From positions 14,559 to 78,558 of the forward strand of contig JAHHIK010000026.1 in the NCBI GenBank assembly GCA_019358935.1: 64,000 nucleotides of DNA, read 5' to 3'. Numbering within the stretch: the stretch's first letter is position 1; every line of letters starts with the position of its first letter. A program made the position numbers and the translations under genes. Under the pieces are notes generated by a model. It saw nothing but the letters and a program-made list of their open reading frames with translations, was not told the origin of the DNA and made no database searches. This document shows positions 53,547 to 64,000 of this stretch, piece after piece. This DNA comes from Tolypothrix carrinoi HA7290-LM1. GTDB lineage: Bacteria > Cyanobacteriota > Cyanobacteriia > Cyanobacteriales > Nostocaceae.

Positions 53547-55055
53547 ATGACAGAAGGGTCACAACAAAAACGGGTAGTAGTTGTAGGTGCAGGTTGGGCT
53601 GGTAATGGTGCAACCTACCACTTAGCCAAACAAGGTTACGATGTGACGCTTCTCGAAGCTGGTGCTAATCTTGGTGGACTGGTAGCGGGTTGGAAAACAG
53701 CAGGGGGACAATCTGTAGAAGCGGGTGTTCATGGCTTTTGGTATCCTTACAGAAATATATTTTCTCTTATTAACGATCTTGGAATAAATCCCTTTACAAC
53801 TTGGACTCGTTCATCTCAATATTCGCCTTTTGGGTTAGAAGTTGAATCACCAATATTTCAGGATTTACCGCGACTTCCTACCCCTCTCGGAACATTTTTA
53901 TATACACAATTTAAACGTTTACCATTAATTGATAGAATTAGCGCTTTACCTTTACTTTACGCCTTAATTGACTTTGATAATTCCGATGAAGCTTGGCGAC
54001 GTTATGACTTTGTGACAGCGCGGGAATTATTCAAAGATTTTGGAGTTTCAGCGCGGCTTTATCGTGACTCTTTTGAACCGATGTTGTTGGTAGGTTTATT
54101 TGCCCCAGGTGAACAATGTTCAGCCGCTGCAACTTTGGGAATGCTGTACTTTTTTATTCTCGCCCATCAACCAGATTTTGATGTCGTTTGGTGTCGGGGA
54201 ACAGTTGGAGAAAAGATATTTCGCCCTTGGGTAGAACAAATTGAAAAAGCTGGCGCGAAGAAGTTAACAAATCGCCGCGTTACCGACATAATAGTTGATA
54301 ATAATCGGGCAACAGGTGTTGTTTGCGGTGATGAAGTGTTTGATGCCGATGCGGTAATTTTTGCAGTTGGTATCACCGGGATGAAGAAAATCGTATCAAA
54401 TAGCCATAGCTTACAAAGCCGTCAAGAATTTATAAATTTGAGCAACTTAGGGGCAATTGACGTTTTAGCAACTCGGTTGTGGTTTGACCGGAAAATTGAA
54501 ATTCCGCGTCCTTCTAATGCTTGCTTTGGCTTTGATGCAACTACCGGATGGACATTTTTTAATTTGAATGAACTACATGATGAATATAAAAATGAACCAG
54601 GGACAGTAATTGAAGCAGATTTTTATCACGCCAATCAATTTTTAAATTTAAGCGATGAAGAAATTGTACAGAGAGTTCAACGCGATTTAGCAACTTGCAT
54701 TCCCCAATTTCGTCAAGCCAAAGTGATTGATAGTAGCGTAATTCGTTTAGCAAACGCAGTATCTCACTTTGCACCCGGTAGCTATCGCTATATGTTGCCA
54801 GCTTCGACAAGTTATGATAATGTATTTATGAGCGGTGATTGGATTGTTAACCGTCACGGTTCATGGTCGCAAGAAAAGGCTTATGTGACAGGTTTAGAAG
54901 CGGCGAATTTAGTAGTTGATTATTTAAAGCAGGGTAAACCTGCCGAGATTTTACCTGTAGAACCTGATGAAGCACATATTCAAGTTGCCAGAGGTGTTAA
55001 TAAAACAGTGCGTGACTTGGGTAAGTCTATTTTGCCTGATTTTTGGTTGCCGTGA
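53547..55055 (+). CDS. FAD-dependent oxidoreductase (amine oxidase / carotenoid desaturase-like)
   Basis: VVGAGWAG, EAGVHGFW, SGDW...SWSQEKAYVTGLEAAN. Confidence 0.88.
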   Translation: MTEGSQQKRVVVVGAGWAGNGATYHLAKQGYDVTLLEAGANLGGLVAGWKTAGGQSVEAGVHGFWYPYRNIFSLINDLGINPFTTWTRSSQYSPFGLEVESPIFQDLPRLPTPLGTFLYTQFKRLPLIDRISALPLLYALIDFDNSDEAWRRYDFVTARELFKDFGVSARLYRDSFEPMLLVGLFAPGEQCSAAATLGMLYFFILAHQPDFDVVWCRGTVGEKIFRPWVEQIEKAGAKKLTNRRVTDIIVDNNRATGVVCGDEVFDADAVIFAVGITGMKKIVSNSHSLQSRQEFINLSNLGAIDVLATRLWFDRKIEIPRPSNACFGFDATTGWTFFNLNELHDEYKNEPGTVIEADFYHANQFLNLSDEEIVQRVQRDLATCIPQFRQAKVIDSSVIRLANAVSHFAPGSYRYMLPASTSYDNVFMSGDWIVNRHGSWSQEKAYVTGLEAANLVVDYLKQGKPAEILPVEPDEAHIQVARGVNKTVRDLGKSILPDFWLP

Positions 55056-55155
55056 TTAAAAAAGTAAGCGATCGCCTTTTTTATGGAGACAAACCAGAAA
55101 CACTCACCTTTTCTATACTTATGTAGCGCTTAGGGCTTAATCGAAATATATTTAC

Positions 55156-55689
55156 TTATGGGGAAAAGTCAGATAAAGAAGTATCATCTACGTTAACTGC
55201 CTTATCACGACCACTTGCTTCACCTATGATTCTACTTGCAGACCGTAAAGCCTCTAAAGTAGACTCTGTAAATTTTTTATGCTTCAGAGTAAATAACAAA
55301 GTTTTGTCTGTACAAGTATGATTTTGGTTATTGGTAGCACATATTACGGGCTGTCCATTCAATGTACCTCCAATAAAACCATTTAGATAACCATGATCGT
55401 ATATTCTTTGAAATCTTTGAGATACTACCTCACATCGTTGCTGAGTAGACAATTTCTTAGTATCAAAACTACTGTAAATCCAACGAATAAATCCTATTCT
55501 TCTCCCATTTTGGCTACGAACAAAGGTTGTGGGTATAATTTTTCCCTTGTACTCGCTAGTACCACAGTAAAAGGTGCTGCCTTCGGCATAGCTTGGTTGA
55601 ATAGGGATTGTAGTTAATGTGGTTAGTGTAACTAAACCAAATCTTTTTACTGTTGTTATTAAAACTTGATTTGATAACTTTATATTCAT
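55156..55689 (-). CDS. COP23-domain secreted protein
   Basis: Signal peptide, FYCG...PTT, QQRCEVVSQRFQ, NGQPVICA...C...LLFTL. Confidence 0.85.
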   Translation of the reverse strand: MNIKLSNQVLITTVKRFGLVTLTTLTTIPIQPSYAEGSTFYCGTSEYKGKIIPTTFVRSQNGRRIGFIRWIYSSFDTKKLSTQQRCEVVSQRFQRIYDHGYLNGFIGGTLNGQPVICATNNQNHTCTDKTLLFTLKHKKFTESTLEALRSASRIIGEASGRDKAVNVDDTSLSDFSP

Positions 55690-55743
55690 AAATAGTTTGA
55701 AAAAAAGTAAATATCGTTATCAATGGCTTTCAAACTTTATGCC

Positions 55744-56346
55744 CTATTTGAAACTTTCTGGTACACCCATTGTGGACAAACCAGCGATCGCTCGTAAATT
55801 TTGGCAGCGAATCAACTCACTAAAATTTAAACCAGAACGTCCTTCAATTTTCGCTACCGTCTCAATTGCAGTTAACAGATGTTCTGCGGCTTCAGTTTCT
55901 GAGTAACCGCGACGCAGTGCGATTCTAATTGCCGCTGTATCTGCGTTTAACTCTGATTCTTGGGAATTATTAGTGCGCCAAATTCTAATTAAGGCGATCG
56001 CACTTAATCCCCCAGCGACAACTACACCTACCACATCTTGTTGCGCTGATTCCACGAATCCGCCTAAAATACCCGCCACTACCACACCTTGATAAATGTC
56101 GGGTTTAAACCACTTTACCCCGGTTAACCAGCTAATTGTCCGCAACAGCAGCAAATCGCGTTGCGGCTGCTTTAGGCGACGCCACAAATCAAAGTTAATA
56201 TATACTGGTCGCTCCTGATTCCAAGGTAAGGGAAAAGAAGCATCAATCACCTTTGACTGTTCTGGCTTGCTGACGAGTTTCACCGTCATTCTACCAGAAG
56301 CCGGCATCACATCTAACAAACGACGAATTTCAACATTAGGCTCCAT
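55744..56346 (-). CDS. DUF3318 family protein
   Basis: EIRRLLDVMPASGRM, QRDLLLL, ELIRCQNLRAIA. Confidence 0.85.
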   Translation of the reverse strand: MEPNVEIRRLLDVMPASGRMTVKLVSKPEQSKVIDASFPLPWNQERPVYINFDLWRRLKQPQRDLLLLRTISWLTGVKWFKPDIYQGVVVAGILGGFVESAQQDVVGVVVAGGLSAIALIRIWRTNNSQESELNADTAAIRIALRRGYSETEAAEHLLTAIETVAKIEGRSGLNFSELIRCQNLRAIAGLSTMGVPESFK

Positions 56347-56395
56347 AATTAATATTATTAGGCATAATGAGCAGTAAAATTAGAATTTTTGCTAC

Positions 56396-56653
56396 ATGGA
56401 AGCTTTTGCTCTTATCCCACCTGAATGGACAAATCAGGGAATTCATGCTCATAAGTTTTGCTGTCCTAAATGCGGCGCAAGTAGCTTAGAAGCCGAAAAA
56501 GTTTGGATTAATCGGCGATCGCCTGTCCTTACAGAACAACGTCGCCGCAAATGGCAGGAATTTTACAATTGTAACTGCGGTTGTGTGTGGTGGGCTTGGA
56601 GTAGCGATCGCCCTCCAACAAATTTATCCAAACAAGATAATAATCTCACATAA
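56396..56653 (+). CDS. Small Cys-rich hypothetical protein
   Basis: FCCPKC...WQEFYNCNCG...WWAWSSDRP. Confidence 0.8.
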   Translation: MEAFALIPPEWTNQGIHAHKFCCPKCGASSLEAEKVWINRRSPVLTEQRRRKWQEFYNCNCGCVWWAWSSDRPPTNLSKQDNNLT

Positions 56654-56752
56654 CCAAATTTTCAACAAACAAAAGCCAGCAGAGGCGGGCTAATATTAAT
56701 TTACCTTACTATGAAGCCCGCTAGTCATGGCATTGTTTGTGTAGCTTCATTC

Positions 56753-58480
56753 TTAAAAACTGAAAGTGGTACGCACTGTACCTACATAAATAGTGTCATT
56801 CCTATCATTATGCTCAGGACTCAAAATCACCAATAAACCGGGAGTAACAGAAATATTGTCGTTCAGTTGCAGCCTGTAGAGACCTTCTAAATGGTAAGAG
56901 GTATCTGAATCTCTTAGCCCTCTACCACCAGCAATATTGGCATCGTTGCTAGTGGTTTTAGGTGGTTGACCAAAGATAAAACCAAGCAGATTACCTTTTC
57001 TACCAAAGTCTTGCAAAGCGAGGCTAGCACCCCAGTAGTTGAATGTCGCATCATCACCTTCGTTGGCAATTACGTTAAACCCGGTAGGTCCATTTCCGTC
57101 GAACCTAGTTGTGCCAGTATTTTGCGCTTCGGCTTCAGTGTAACCATACCAACCACCAATTAGCAACTTAGAGGTGAGTTTAAAAGAAGCTTCTACACCG
57201 TAGTGATTAGCAGAAGTTGCAACATTACCAAAGGGATTATTGGCAATGCTGCTGCCTGTGGCTTCAAACTGGTTCACGCCACCAGCACTATTTTGATAAG
57301 TACGTGCGTAGGTTAGACCGACATTAAAAGCTTTAGTGGGTTGGAAACCTATCTGAGCTAAAGCTGCATAGTTACCATCAAAAAGACCATTTCTATCCAA
57401 AGGACTCTTAGCTGTATTATTACGTCCGCCAGCTAAATAAGCAACAGAGGCAGTTAAAGCTCCATTAGCGTTAAAGCTGATAGTTGCACCTGCACCACCC
57501 TGACCTTGACGGTAAATAGGACTGAAGCGACCATAACGGGAAATAGCACCCTGACCAGTGCTAGCAAAGGGGGAGCTGAAGGTGTTGATGTTTTCCCAAA
57601 ATTCACCATTGTTTGCATCAACCTTGACACGTATTGCCTCACTTAGGTTGAAAGCATAGTTGATTTTATCTACTTCGACACTGTTACTAGTGTTGTTGTC
57701 AAATGTCAAACGGGTCATGTTAGTACCCGTGGAAGCTTCACCAAAATTACCATTGTTGGCAAGGACATTCCCTGCTTGCAAACGAATTTGTAACTGGTCT
57801 TTGCCAGAGAAACTGCTGAGTAAGTTCAAACGAATCCGGTCAGAGAAAGTCGTGTTGCTGTCTAAGTCGCGGTCTGCTGCGTTTGGATTATTTCTCAGTG
57901 TAGCAGCGCTTATTGCTCCGTTATCGCCGAAAGAATCAGACAAAGCGAAAATTGCTTCGCCAATCAACTTGGTAGTAGTGGAAAACTGATTTGCTTGCAT
58001 CTCGGCGCTTCTGGCTTCTAGCCCATCTACACGACCGCGCAGAGTTGCCAATTCAGCGGAAAACTCTTCTTGCAAATACTGTAAGCTAGCGAAGTCTTCT
58101 TTAGTCACCAAATCGGCGGTAGCTGTCGCAATCAATTCGTTAACGCGGTCTAAACAGGCATTCAAACCAGCCGCAAATTCATAACGGGTTAATGCACGGT
58201 TGCCGCGATAAGTGCCGTTTGGGTATCCAGCGATACAGCCATAGCGCTCAACTAGAGATTGTAATGCTTGGAATGCCCAATCTGTAGGCTGCACATCAGA
58301 AAACTGAGATACCGATGTTACCTGACCCATGCTGTCAGTTTGGGACAACTGAGAAACAGAAGTCACTTCTTCATTGACTTGTGCTCCTAAGGCACTGTTT
58401 GTGGCACAAAAGGTGGCAACAAAAACTAGTGGACTTAGTTTAAAAACGTTCCAGAATAATTTTGTCAAGGTTTTTCTCAT
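56753..58480 (-). CDS. SLH-OprB cyanobacterial porin
   Basis: VTSVSQFSDVQPTDWAFQALQSLVERYGCIAGYP, NQFSTTTKL, C-terminal RTTFSF. Start is ATG 58480 or TTG 58468. Confidence 0.95.
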   Translation of the reverse strand: MRKTLTKLFWNVFKLSPLVFVATFCATNSALGAQVNEEVTSVSQLSQTDSMGQVTSVSQFSDVQPTDWAFQALQSLVERYGCIAGYPNGTYRGNRALTRYEFAAGLNACLDRVNELIATATADLVTKEDFASLQYLQEEFSAELATLRGRVDGLEARSAEMQANQFSTTTKLIGEAIFALSDSFGDNGAISAATLRNNPNAADRDLDSNTTFSDRIRLNLLSSFSGKDQLQIRLQAGNVLANNGNFGEASTGTNMTRLTFDNNTSNSVEVDKINYAFNLSEAIRVKVDANNGEFWENINTFSSPFASTGQGAISRYGRFSPIYRQGQGGAGATISFNANGALTASVAYLAGGRNNTAKSPLDRNGLFDGNYAALAQIGFQPTKAFNVGLTYARTYQNSAGGVNQFEATGSSIANNPFGNVATSANHYGVEASFKLTSKLLIGGWYGYTEAEAQNTGTTRFDGNGPTGFNVIANEGDDATFNYWGASLALQDFGRKGNLLGFIFGQPPKTTSNDANIAGGRGLRDSDTSYHLEGLYRLQLNDNISVTPGLLVILSPEHNDRNDTIYVGTVRTTFSF

Positions 58481-58612
58481 TCACACCTAAATTAACTTTT
58501 ATCATAATAAAGTTTTAAATCGTTATAATTCCACATTACTTATCTGACTATGCAAAAGCCCGCTTACAGGCGGGCTAAGGTTTATCTAAATTGTTATTAG
58601 CTCTGGGCAGTT

Positions 58613-60343
58613 TTAGAAACTGAAAGTAGTACGCAACGTACCTACATAAATAGTGTCATTCCTATCATTATGCTCGGGACTCAAAATCACCAATAAACCG
58701 GGAGTAATAGCAATGTTGTCGTTGAGTCGGAACTTGTAAAGACCTTCTAAATGGTAAGAGGTATCTGTATCTCTTAGCCCTCTACCATTAGAAGTCACAT
58801 TGGCATCATTGCTGGTAGTTCTGGGTGGTTGACCAAAGATAAAACCAAGCACGCTACCCTTTGTACCAATATCTTGCAAACCGAGGCTAGCACCCCAGTA
58901 GTTGAATGTTGCACTATCACCGCTTGTAACGGTTATAGGAACACCGGTGACGGTTGAGTTAGCAGTGTTCTGCGCTTCAGCATCAGTGTAACCATACCAA
59001 CCATTAAGTAGCAACTTAGGGGTGAGTCTAAAAGAAGCTTCTACACCGTAATGATTAGCTGTGGTGGCAACATTACCAAAGGGGTTATTGGCAATGCTGC
59101 TGCCTGTGAATTCAAACAAGCTCACCCCACCACCAGTCACACCATTAACAGTACTAACGCCATTTTGATAAGTACGTGCGTAGGTTAGACCGACATTAAA
59201 AGCTTTAGTGGGTTGGAAACCTATCTGAGCTAAAGCTGCATAGTTACCATCAAAAAGACCATCTCTATCCAAAGGACTCTTAGCTGTATTATTACGTCCG
59301 CCAGCCAGATAACCCACAGAGGCACTTAAAGGTCCATTGGCGTTAAAGCTGATAGTTGCACCTGCACCACCCTGACCTTGACGGTAGATGGGGCTGAAGC
59401 GACCATAACGAGAGATAGCACCCTGACTAGTGCTGGCAAACAAGGGGCTGAAGCTGTTGATGTTTTCCCAAAATTCACCATTGTTTGCATCAACCTTGAC
59501 ACGTATTGCGTCACTTAGGTTAAAAGCATAGTTGATTTTCTCTGCCTGGACACTATTACCAGTGTCGTTCTCAAATATTAAACGGGCCATGTTAGTACCC
59601 GTTGAAGCGTTACCGATGTTAGGACTGTTGTTGGCAAGGATATTCCCTACTTGCAAACGAATTTGTAACTGGTCTTTGCCGGTGAAGCTGCTGAGTAAGT
59701 TCAAACGAACCCGCTCAGATAAAGTCGTGTTGCTTTCTAAATCGCGGTCTGGAGCATTTGGATCGCTTCTGAGTGTAGCAGCGCTTATTGCTGCGTTATC
59801 ACCGAAAGAATCAGACAAAACGAAAATCGCTTCCCCAACTAACTTTGTGGTAGTTGAAAATTGATTCGCTTCCAACTCGGCGCTTCTGGCTTCTAGAGCA
59901 TCTACACGACCGCGCAGAGTTGCCAATTCAGCGGAAAACTCTTCTCGCAAGCGCTGTAAGGTCGCTAAGTCTTCTTTTGTCACCAAATCGGCGGTAGCTG
60001 TGGCAATCAATTCGTTAACGCGGTCTAAACAAGCATTCAAACCAGCCGCAAATTCATAACGAGTCATTGCCCGGTTGCCGCGATAAGTGCCGTTTGGGTA
60101 TCCAGCGATACAGCCATAGCGCTCAACTAGAGATTGTAATGCTTGGAATGCCCAGTCTGTAGGCTGCACATCAGAAAACTGAGATACCGATGTTACCTGA
60201 CTCATGCTGTCAGTTTGAGACAACTCGGTAACAGAAGTCACTTCTTCATTGACTTGTGCTCCTAAGGCACTGTTTGCTGCACAAAAGGTGGCAACAAAAA
60301 CTAGTGGACTTAGTTTAAAAACGTTCCAGAATAATTTTGTCAA
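58613..60343 (-). CDS. SLH-OprB cyanobacterial porin (recent paralog of 56753-58480)
   Basis: Same motifs, with a TTG start after AAGGAG. Confidence 0.95.
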   Translation of the reverse strand: MTKLFWNVFKLSPLVFVATFCAANSALGAQVNEEVTSVTELSQTDSMSQVTSVSQFSDVQPTDWAFQALQSLVERYGCIAGYPNGTYRGNRAMTRYEFAAGLNACLDRVNELIATATADLVTKEDLATLQRLREEFSAELATLRGRVDALEARSAELEANQFSTTTKLVGEAIFVLSDSFGDNAAISAATLRSDPNAPDRDLESNTTLSERVRLNLLSSFTGKDQLQIRLQVGNILANNSPNIGNASTGTNMARLIFENDTGNSVQAEKINYAFNLSDAIRVKVDANNGEFWENINSFSPLFASTSQGAISRYGRFSPIYRQGQGGAGATISFNANGPLSASVGYLAGGRNNTAKSPLDRDGLFDGNYAALAQIGFQPTKAFNVGLTYARTYQNGVSTVNGVTGGGVSLFEFTGSSIANNPFGNVATTANHYGVEASFRLTPKLLLNGWYGYTDAEAQNTANSTVTGVPITVTSGDSATFNYWGASLGLQDIGTKGSVLGFIFGQPPRTTSNDANVTSNGRGLRDTDTSYHLEGLYKFRLNDNIAITPGLLVILSPEHNDRNDTIYVGTLRTTFSF

Positions 60344-60497
60344 AGTTTTTCTCCTTCACACCTAAATTAACTTTTAGCATAATAAAGTTTTAAATCGTTA
60401 TAATTCCACATTACTTATCTGACTATGCAAAAGCCCGCCTGTAAGCGGGCTAAGGTTTATCAAAATTGCTATTAGCTATTAATATCTGTGGGAAGTT

Positions 60498-62249
60498 TTA
60501 GAAAGTGAAGGTGGTGCGGAGCGTACCAACATAGGTAGTGTCGTTGTTGTCATTACCCTCTGGGCTGAAAATCACCAACACGCCGGGAGTAATAGCAATG
60601 TTGTCGTTGAGTTGCAGCTTGTAGAGACCCTCTAAATGATAGGTTGTGTCTCTATCTTCAATTACATCGCTGCTAGTCACTGTAGGCGGTTGACCAAATA
60701 GTATACCGAGGGTGCTGCCTTGTCTGCCAAAGTCCTGGAGAGCCAGAGAAGCAGCCCAGTAGAAGATATCTGCATTAGCACCGACAAATGGACCAGCTTC
60801 AGCTTCTGCGGTTGTATAACCTGCCCAACCTGCAAGAGTGAACTTAGAACTGGGACGTATAAGCGCTTCTATGCCGTAATTATTAGCGCTAGTAGCAAAG
60901 TTACCGAAGGGGCGATTGGCATTAAAATTACCCGTGGAACTAAAGAGATTGACACCACCTTCACTATTTTGATAGGTGCGTGCGTAGGTTGCAGCAATAG
61001 TGAACGCTGGGCTGGGTTTAAAAGCTAGTTGACCAAAAGCAGAATAAGAACCATTGATGATACCGCGACCTAAATCTGGGTTCTCACCTGTATTTGCTTG
61101 GTAGCCAACAGTTGCAGTAATAGGTCCTCTAGGAGCTAATATTATAGTTATACCTGCACCCTCAGCAGCCTGACGATAGATGGGGCTGAATCGTCCATAG
61201 CGGGAGATAGCACCATTACCGCTGCTTGAAAGGGCAGGGTTGACGGTATCTACGAAGTCGAAGAACTCACTTCTGGCAGCGGAAATATTCACACGCACCG
61301 CACTGCTTAGGTTGAACTGATAGAACAAGTCATCGATTTGAACGGCGTTACCTTCATCTCCGTCAAACCCAAGCCGAGTCAAGTTAGTACCCGTTCTACT
61401 TGTATCAAATGGGCTAATATTTCTAGCTTGCAAACGGACTCGCAAGCGGTCTGTGCCAGTGAAGCTAGTATCAAAGTTCAGACGTACCCGGTCTGCAAAG
61501 ACAGTGTTACCTGCTGTGTCTCTTGTTGAGTTTGTATAGTTGGCTGTACCATAAGCGTCTCTGATGGCATTTGCTTGTGCAGTCGTAAAACCAGGATTCA
61601 ACTGCTGTATTCTTGCACTTATAGCCGCTGGACTAGCTAAGTTAGCTGGTGAGAAATCACCTTGATTAAATCCGTAAGGAAGTACTCGCTCCTCTGTAAA
61701 AACGTCAGCCACATTGAAGATGACTTCCCCATTCAACTTGGTGGTAGTTGAAAATTGATTCGCTTCCAATTCAGCGGTTCTGGCTTCTAGCGCATCTACA
61801 CGACCGCGCAGAGTTGCCAATTCAGCGGAAAACTCTTCTTGCAAGCGCTGTAAGGTCGCTAAGTCTTCTTTTGTCACCAAGTCGGCGGTAGCTGTGGCAA
61901 TCAATTCGTTAACGCGGTCTAAACAAGCATTCAAACCAGCCGCAAATTCATAACGGGTCATTGCACGGTTGCCGCGATAAGTGCCGTTTGGGTATCCGGC
62001 AATACAGCCGTAGCGCTCAACCAGAGATTGTAATGCTTGGAATGCCCAATCTGTCGGCTGCACATCAGAAAACTGAGATACCGATGTTACCTGACCGATG
62101 CTGTTAGCTTCTTGGGACAATTGGGAAACAGAAGTTGTCTGTTCTTGTTCAGCTTTGACTTGTGCTGAATTGGCACTGTTTGCCGCTAAAAATGAGGCAG
62201 CAACAACTAATGGACTTAGTTTAAAAACGTTCCACAGAGGTTTTTTCAT
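60498..62249 (-). CDS. SLH-OprB cyanobacterial porin (more divergent, with insertion)
   Basis: Same motifs. Start is ATG 62249 or GTG 62264. Confidence 0.95.
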   Translation of the reverse strand: MKKPLWNVFKLSPLVVAASFLAANSANSAQVKAEQEQTTSVSQLSQEANSIGQVTSVSQFSDVQPTDWAFQALQSLVERYGCIAGYPNGTYRGNRAMTRYEFAAGLNACLDRVNELIATATADLVTKEDLATLQRLQEEFSAELATLRGRVDALEARTAELEANQFSTTTKLNGEVIFNVADVFTEERVLPYGFNQGDFSPANLASPAAISARIQQLNPGFTTAQANAIRDAYGTANYTNSTRDTAGNTVFADRVRLNFDTSFTGTDRLRVRLQARNISPFDTSRTGTNLTRLGFDGDEGNAVQIDDLFYQFNLSSAVRVNISAARSEFFDFVDTVNPALSSSGNGAISRYGRFSPIYRQAAEGAGITIILAPRGPITATVGYQANTGENPDLGRGIINGSYSAFGQLAFKPSPAFTIAATYARTYQNSEGGVNLFSSTGNFNANRPFGNFATSANNYGIEALIRPSSKFTLAGWAGYTTAEAEAGPFVGANADIFYWAASLALQDFGRQGSTLGILFGQPPTVTSSDVIEDRDTTYHLEGLYKLQLNDNIAITPGVLVIFSPEGNDNNDTTYVGTLRTTFTF

Positions 62250-62910
62250 TTTTTTGACTTTCACTCACACCTATTGATTTAATCGGGGAAAATTCCGATA
62301 AACATTTTACAGTAATAGTAGCAGATATTATGATTAATATTCAATTTTAGATATGTAATTTCCTCCTTCATGTTGTTGACTGCTTCTCCAAGAAGTCAAA
62401 AGTAAAACTGTTCTAAGGTTAAGGTTAGGTAAAATTGATATCTTGCGCCAATGACAACAACTGCCTTCAGATAAAAATCATTGCTCAATAGCGCAATGTT
62501 TAGGCATCATTTTTGCTCATTGACTGAAATAAAAGCTGCACCAACAATCTTTTTATAGTTACGGAGCGAGGATATTTACGCTCCTCGAGAATTTCATAGA
62601 TAATGGTTGTGTCTACTGTCAAGTGAAGTAACTATATTAAGAGGCAAAATTTTTCCAAAATTCCTCTAAAAATACCCATAGCTAATATAGTTATCAGACC
62701 GATTACGATAACTTAAAGTTTATTGAATTTTTTGGTAACTTTATTTATGTATTTAAGATTTATCGTTTGTTTCGTGAGTTAGTGCTTTAGTACTTACTCT
62801 TGATTTTTGAGCGGAAGCAATATTATCTCATGAGGAGCGGAATCGCCAAGGAGCGATCGCACCCAAAAATCCCACAGACAAAATATTCGTTCTCGTTGTT
62901 TCATAAGGAA

Positions 62911-63037
62911 CGGACTTACGCCAAATCATCATAAAACTAACTCCTCCAGACGCACAGATAATTAAGAGCGAATGAAGGCACTTCAAACTGAGCGTGAAAC
63001 ACGAAGTAATTATTTAATATAGTGTTGTGTAAGTCCT
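62911..63037. mobile_element. MITE-like element, GGACTTAC TIR family
   Basis: GGACTTACGC...GTGTAAGTCC. Confidence 0.6.
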
Positions 63038-63111
63038 CACCAGGAAACTCTCATTGTCTATTTAACCAGAGTGCCTGTAGTATAAACAAGTCAACTAGCA
63101 CACATTTGACA

Positions 63112-63723
63112 CTATTTTTTTGTCGCTTGATTGGGAAAACATAGAACAATCCGGCGTTTGTAGCGTAACATTTTTCCTTCTTCCTCAAACTGCTGTAGCA
63201 GCCGCGTGACTGTCACCCGTGTTGTATTTAAAACTTCGGCAATTTCTTGGTGGGTAATATTCAAGTCAATCAGCTTGCCTTGTTCTACCTCACGACCAAA
63301 CTTTTGACTCAACCAAACCAAAAATTGCCACAAACGTAGAGAAATTGGCTTACGATGTACTATACTTAACAATTCCTCTGCTTGTTGAATGTGGCATAAT
63401 AAAGCATTCAAATCTTCGTGCCAAAGATGAGGTGGTATAATGCTTACCTCTACACTTGTCAAACATTCAATTTGGTAAGGTTTGACTGTGGATAAAGGAT
63501 AACCAACTAAATCCCCAGGTCCCCAATAACCCAGAGTGATGAATGTTCCATCTTCACTCCAGGTTAAGGTACGAATTGTTCCCCGCTCAATCCGCCAAAG
63601 TACGTCATTGCGTTGGGGAATTATTTCTCGACGGTTAAATAACCTCTGGGGCAGTTGTTCATTTGCAGTAGTTAAGGGATTGTTAGATATAGGATTTGGT
63701 GTATTAATCGACGAATATGTCAT
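63112..63723 (-). CDS. Crp/Fnr family transcriptional regulator (CysR-like)
   Basis: LWRIERG...TLGYWGPGD, and HTH ITHQEIAEVLNTTRVTVTRLL. ATG 63723 is preferred. Confidence 0.92.
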   Translation of the reverse strand: MTYSSINTPNPISNNPLTTANEQLPQRLFNRREIIPQRNDVLWRIERGTIRTLTWSEDGTFITLGYWGPGDLVGYPLSTVKPYQIECLTSVEVSIIPPHLWHEDLNALLCHIQQAEELLSIVHRKPISLRLWQFLVWLSQKFGREVEQGKLIDLNITHQEIAEVLNTTRVTVTRLLQQFEEEGKMLRYKRRIVLCFPNQATKK

Positions 63724-64000
63724 GGAAGTTATCTCGCTTAATAGAAGTTGTTTGGTAGATTTAAAAATTATCAAGGAATGCAAAACGCAATCTATGCAAG
63801 GCAAATGCTTGCTAGAGTGCCAGTCCAGTAGAAAGTATTGACAAATTAACTAGATGATGAAGCAGGTAGAATCGCTAAATGTTCTGGTGTAATGTGCGAC
63901 ATACGAGCAAGAACATGAAGATTGTGAACAACAGCCATTCTTCGGAGGTCAAAAAGATTTTTGCGTAGTCCAAGATAACGAGCTTTGTCTCCTTGCCACT

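Noticed and set aside
62323..62344. Fur-like AT palindrome upstream of the porin array
   Set aside because: The match is imperfect and indistinguishable from AT-rich background without comparative data.

Overview
Chromosomal window from a filamentous, Nostocales-like cyanobacterium, judged from frequent HIP1 GCGATCGC sites, STRR-type heptamer arrays, small dispersed palindromic repeats and MITEs. Housekeeping genes are ndhB, rbp, topA, aroQ, ahcY, aroF, trmFO and tRNA-Arg(CCG). Accessory content includes a terpene synthase plus P450 pair, a giant Ser/Thr-kinase-AAA-GAF-His-kinase, a caspase-like protease, peroxide-stress genes, a lipase/catalase-like/heme-dioxygenase oxylipin cluster and three tandem SLH-OprB porins. 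The most striking unannotated signal lies upstream of the DAHP synthase gene: two complete ribosome-dependent attenuator-like modules in tandem. Each has a short leader peptide rich in Phe, Tyr and Trp codons (MLSSNSYFYFWFRVVHRG and MTHFGSWFYGFYFWRGASSG) and its own competing antiterminator and terminator helices. Other hidden features are a multi-stem structured RNA candidate upstream of a DnaJ gene, a LexA box over an unknown two-gene operon, a GST/HigB junction at a HIP1 site, several gene remnants, a 45-aa small ORF and in-frame repeat insertions in trmFO and mscS. All product calls come from motif recognition, and no searches were run.
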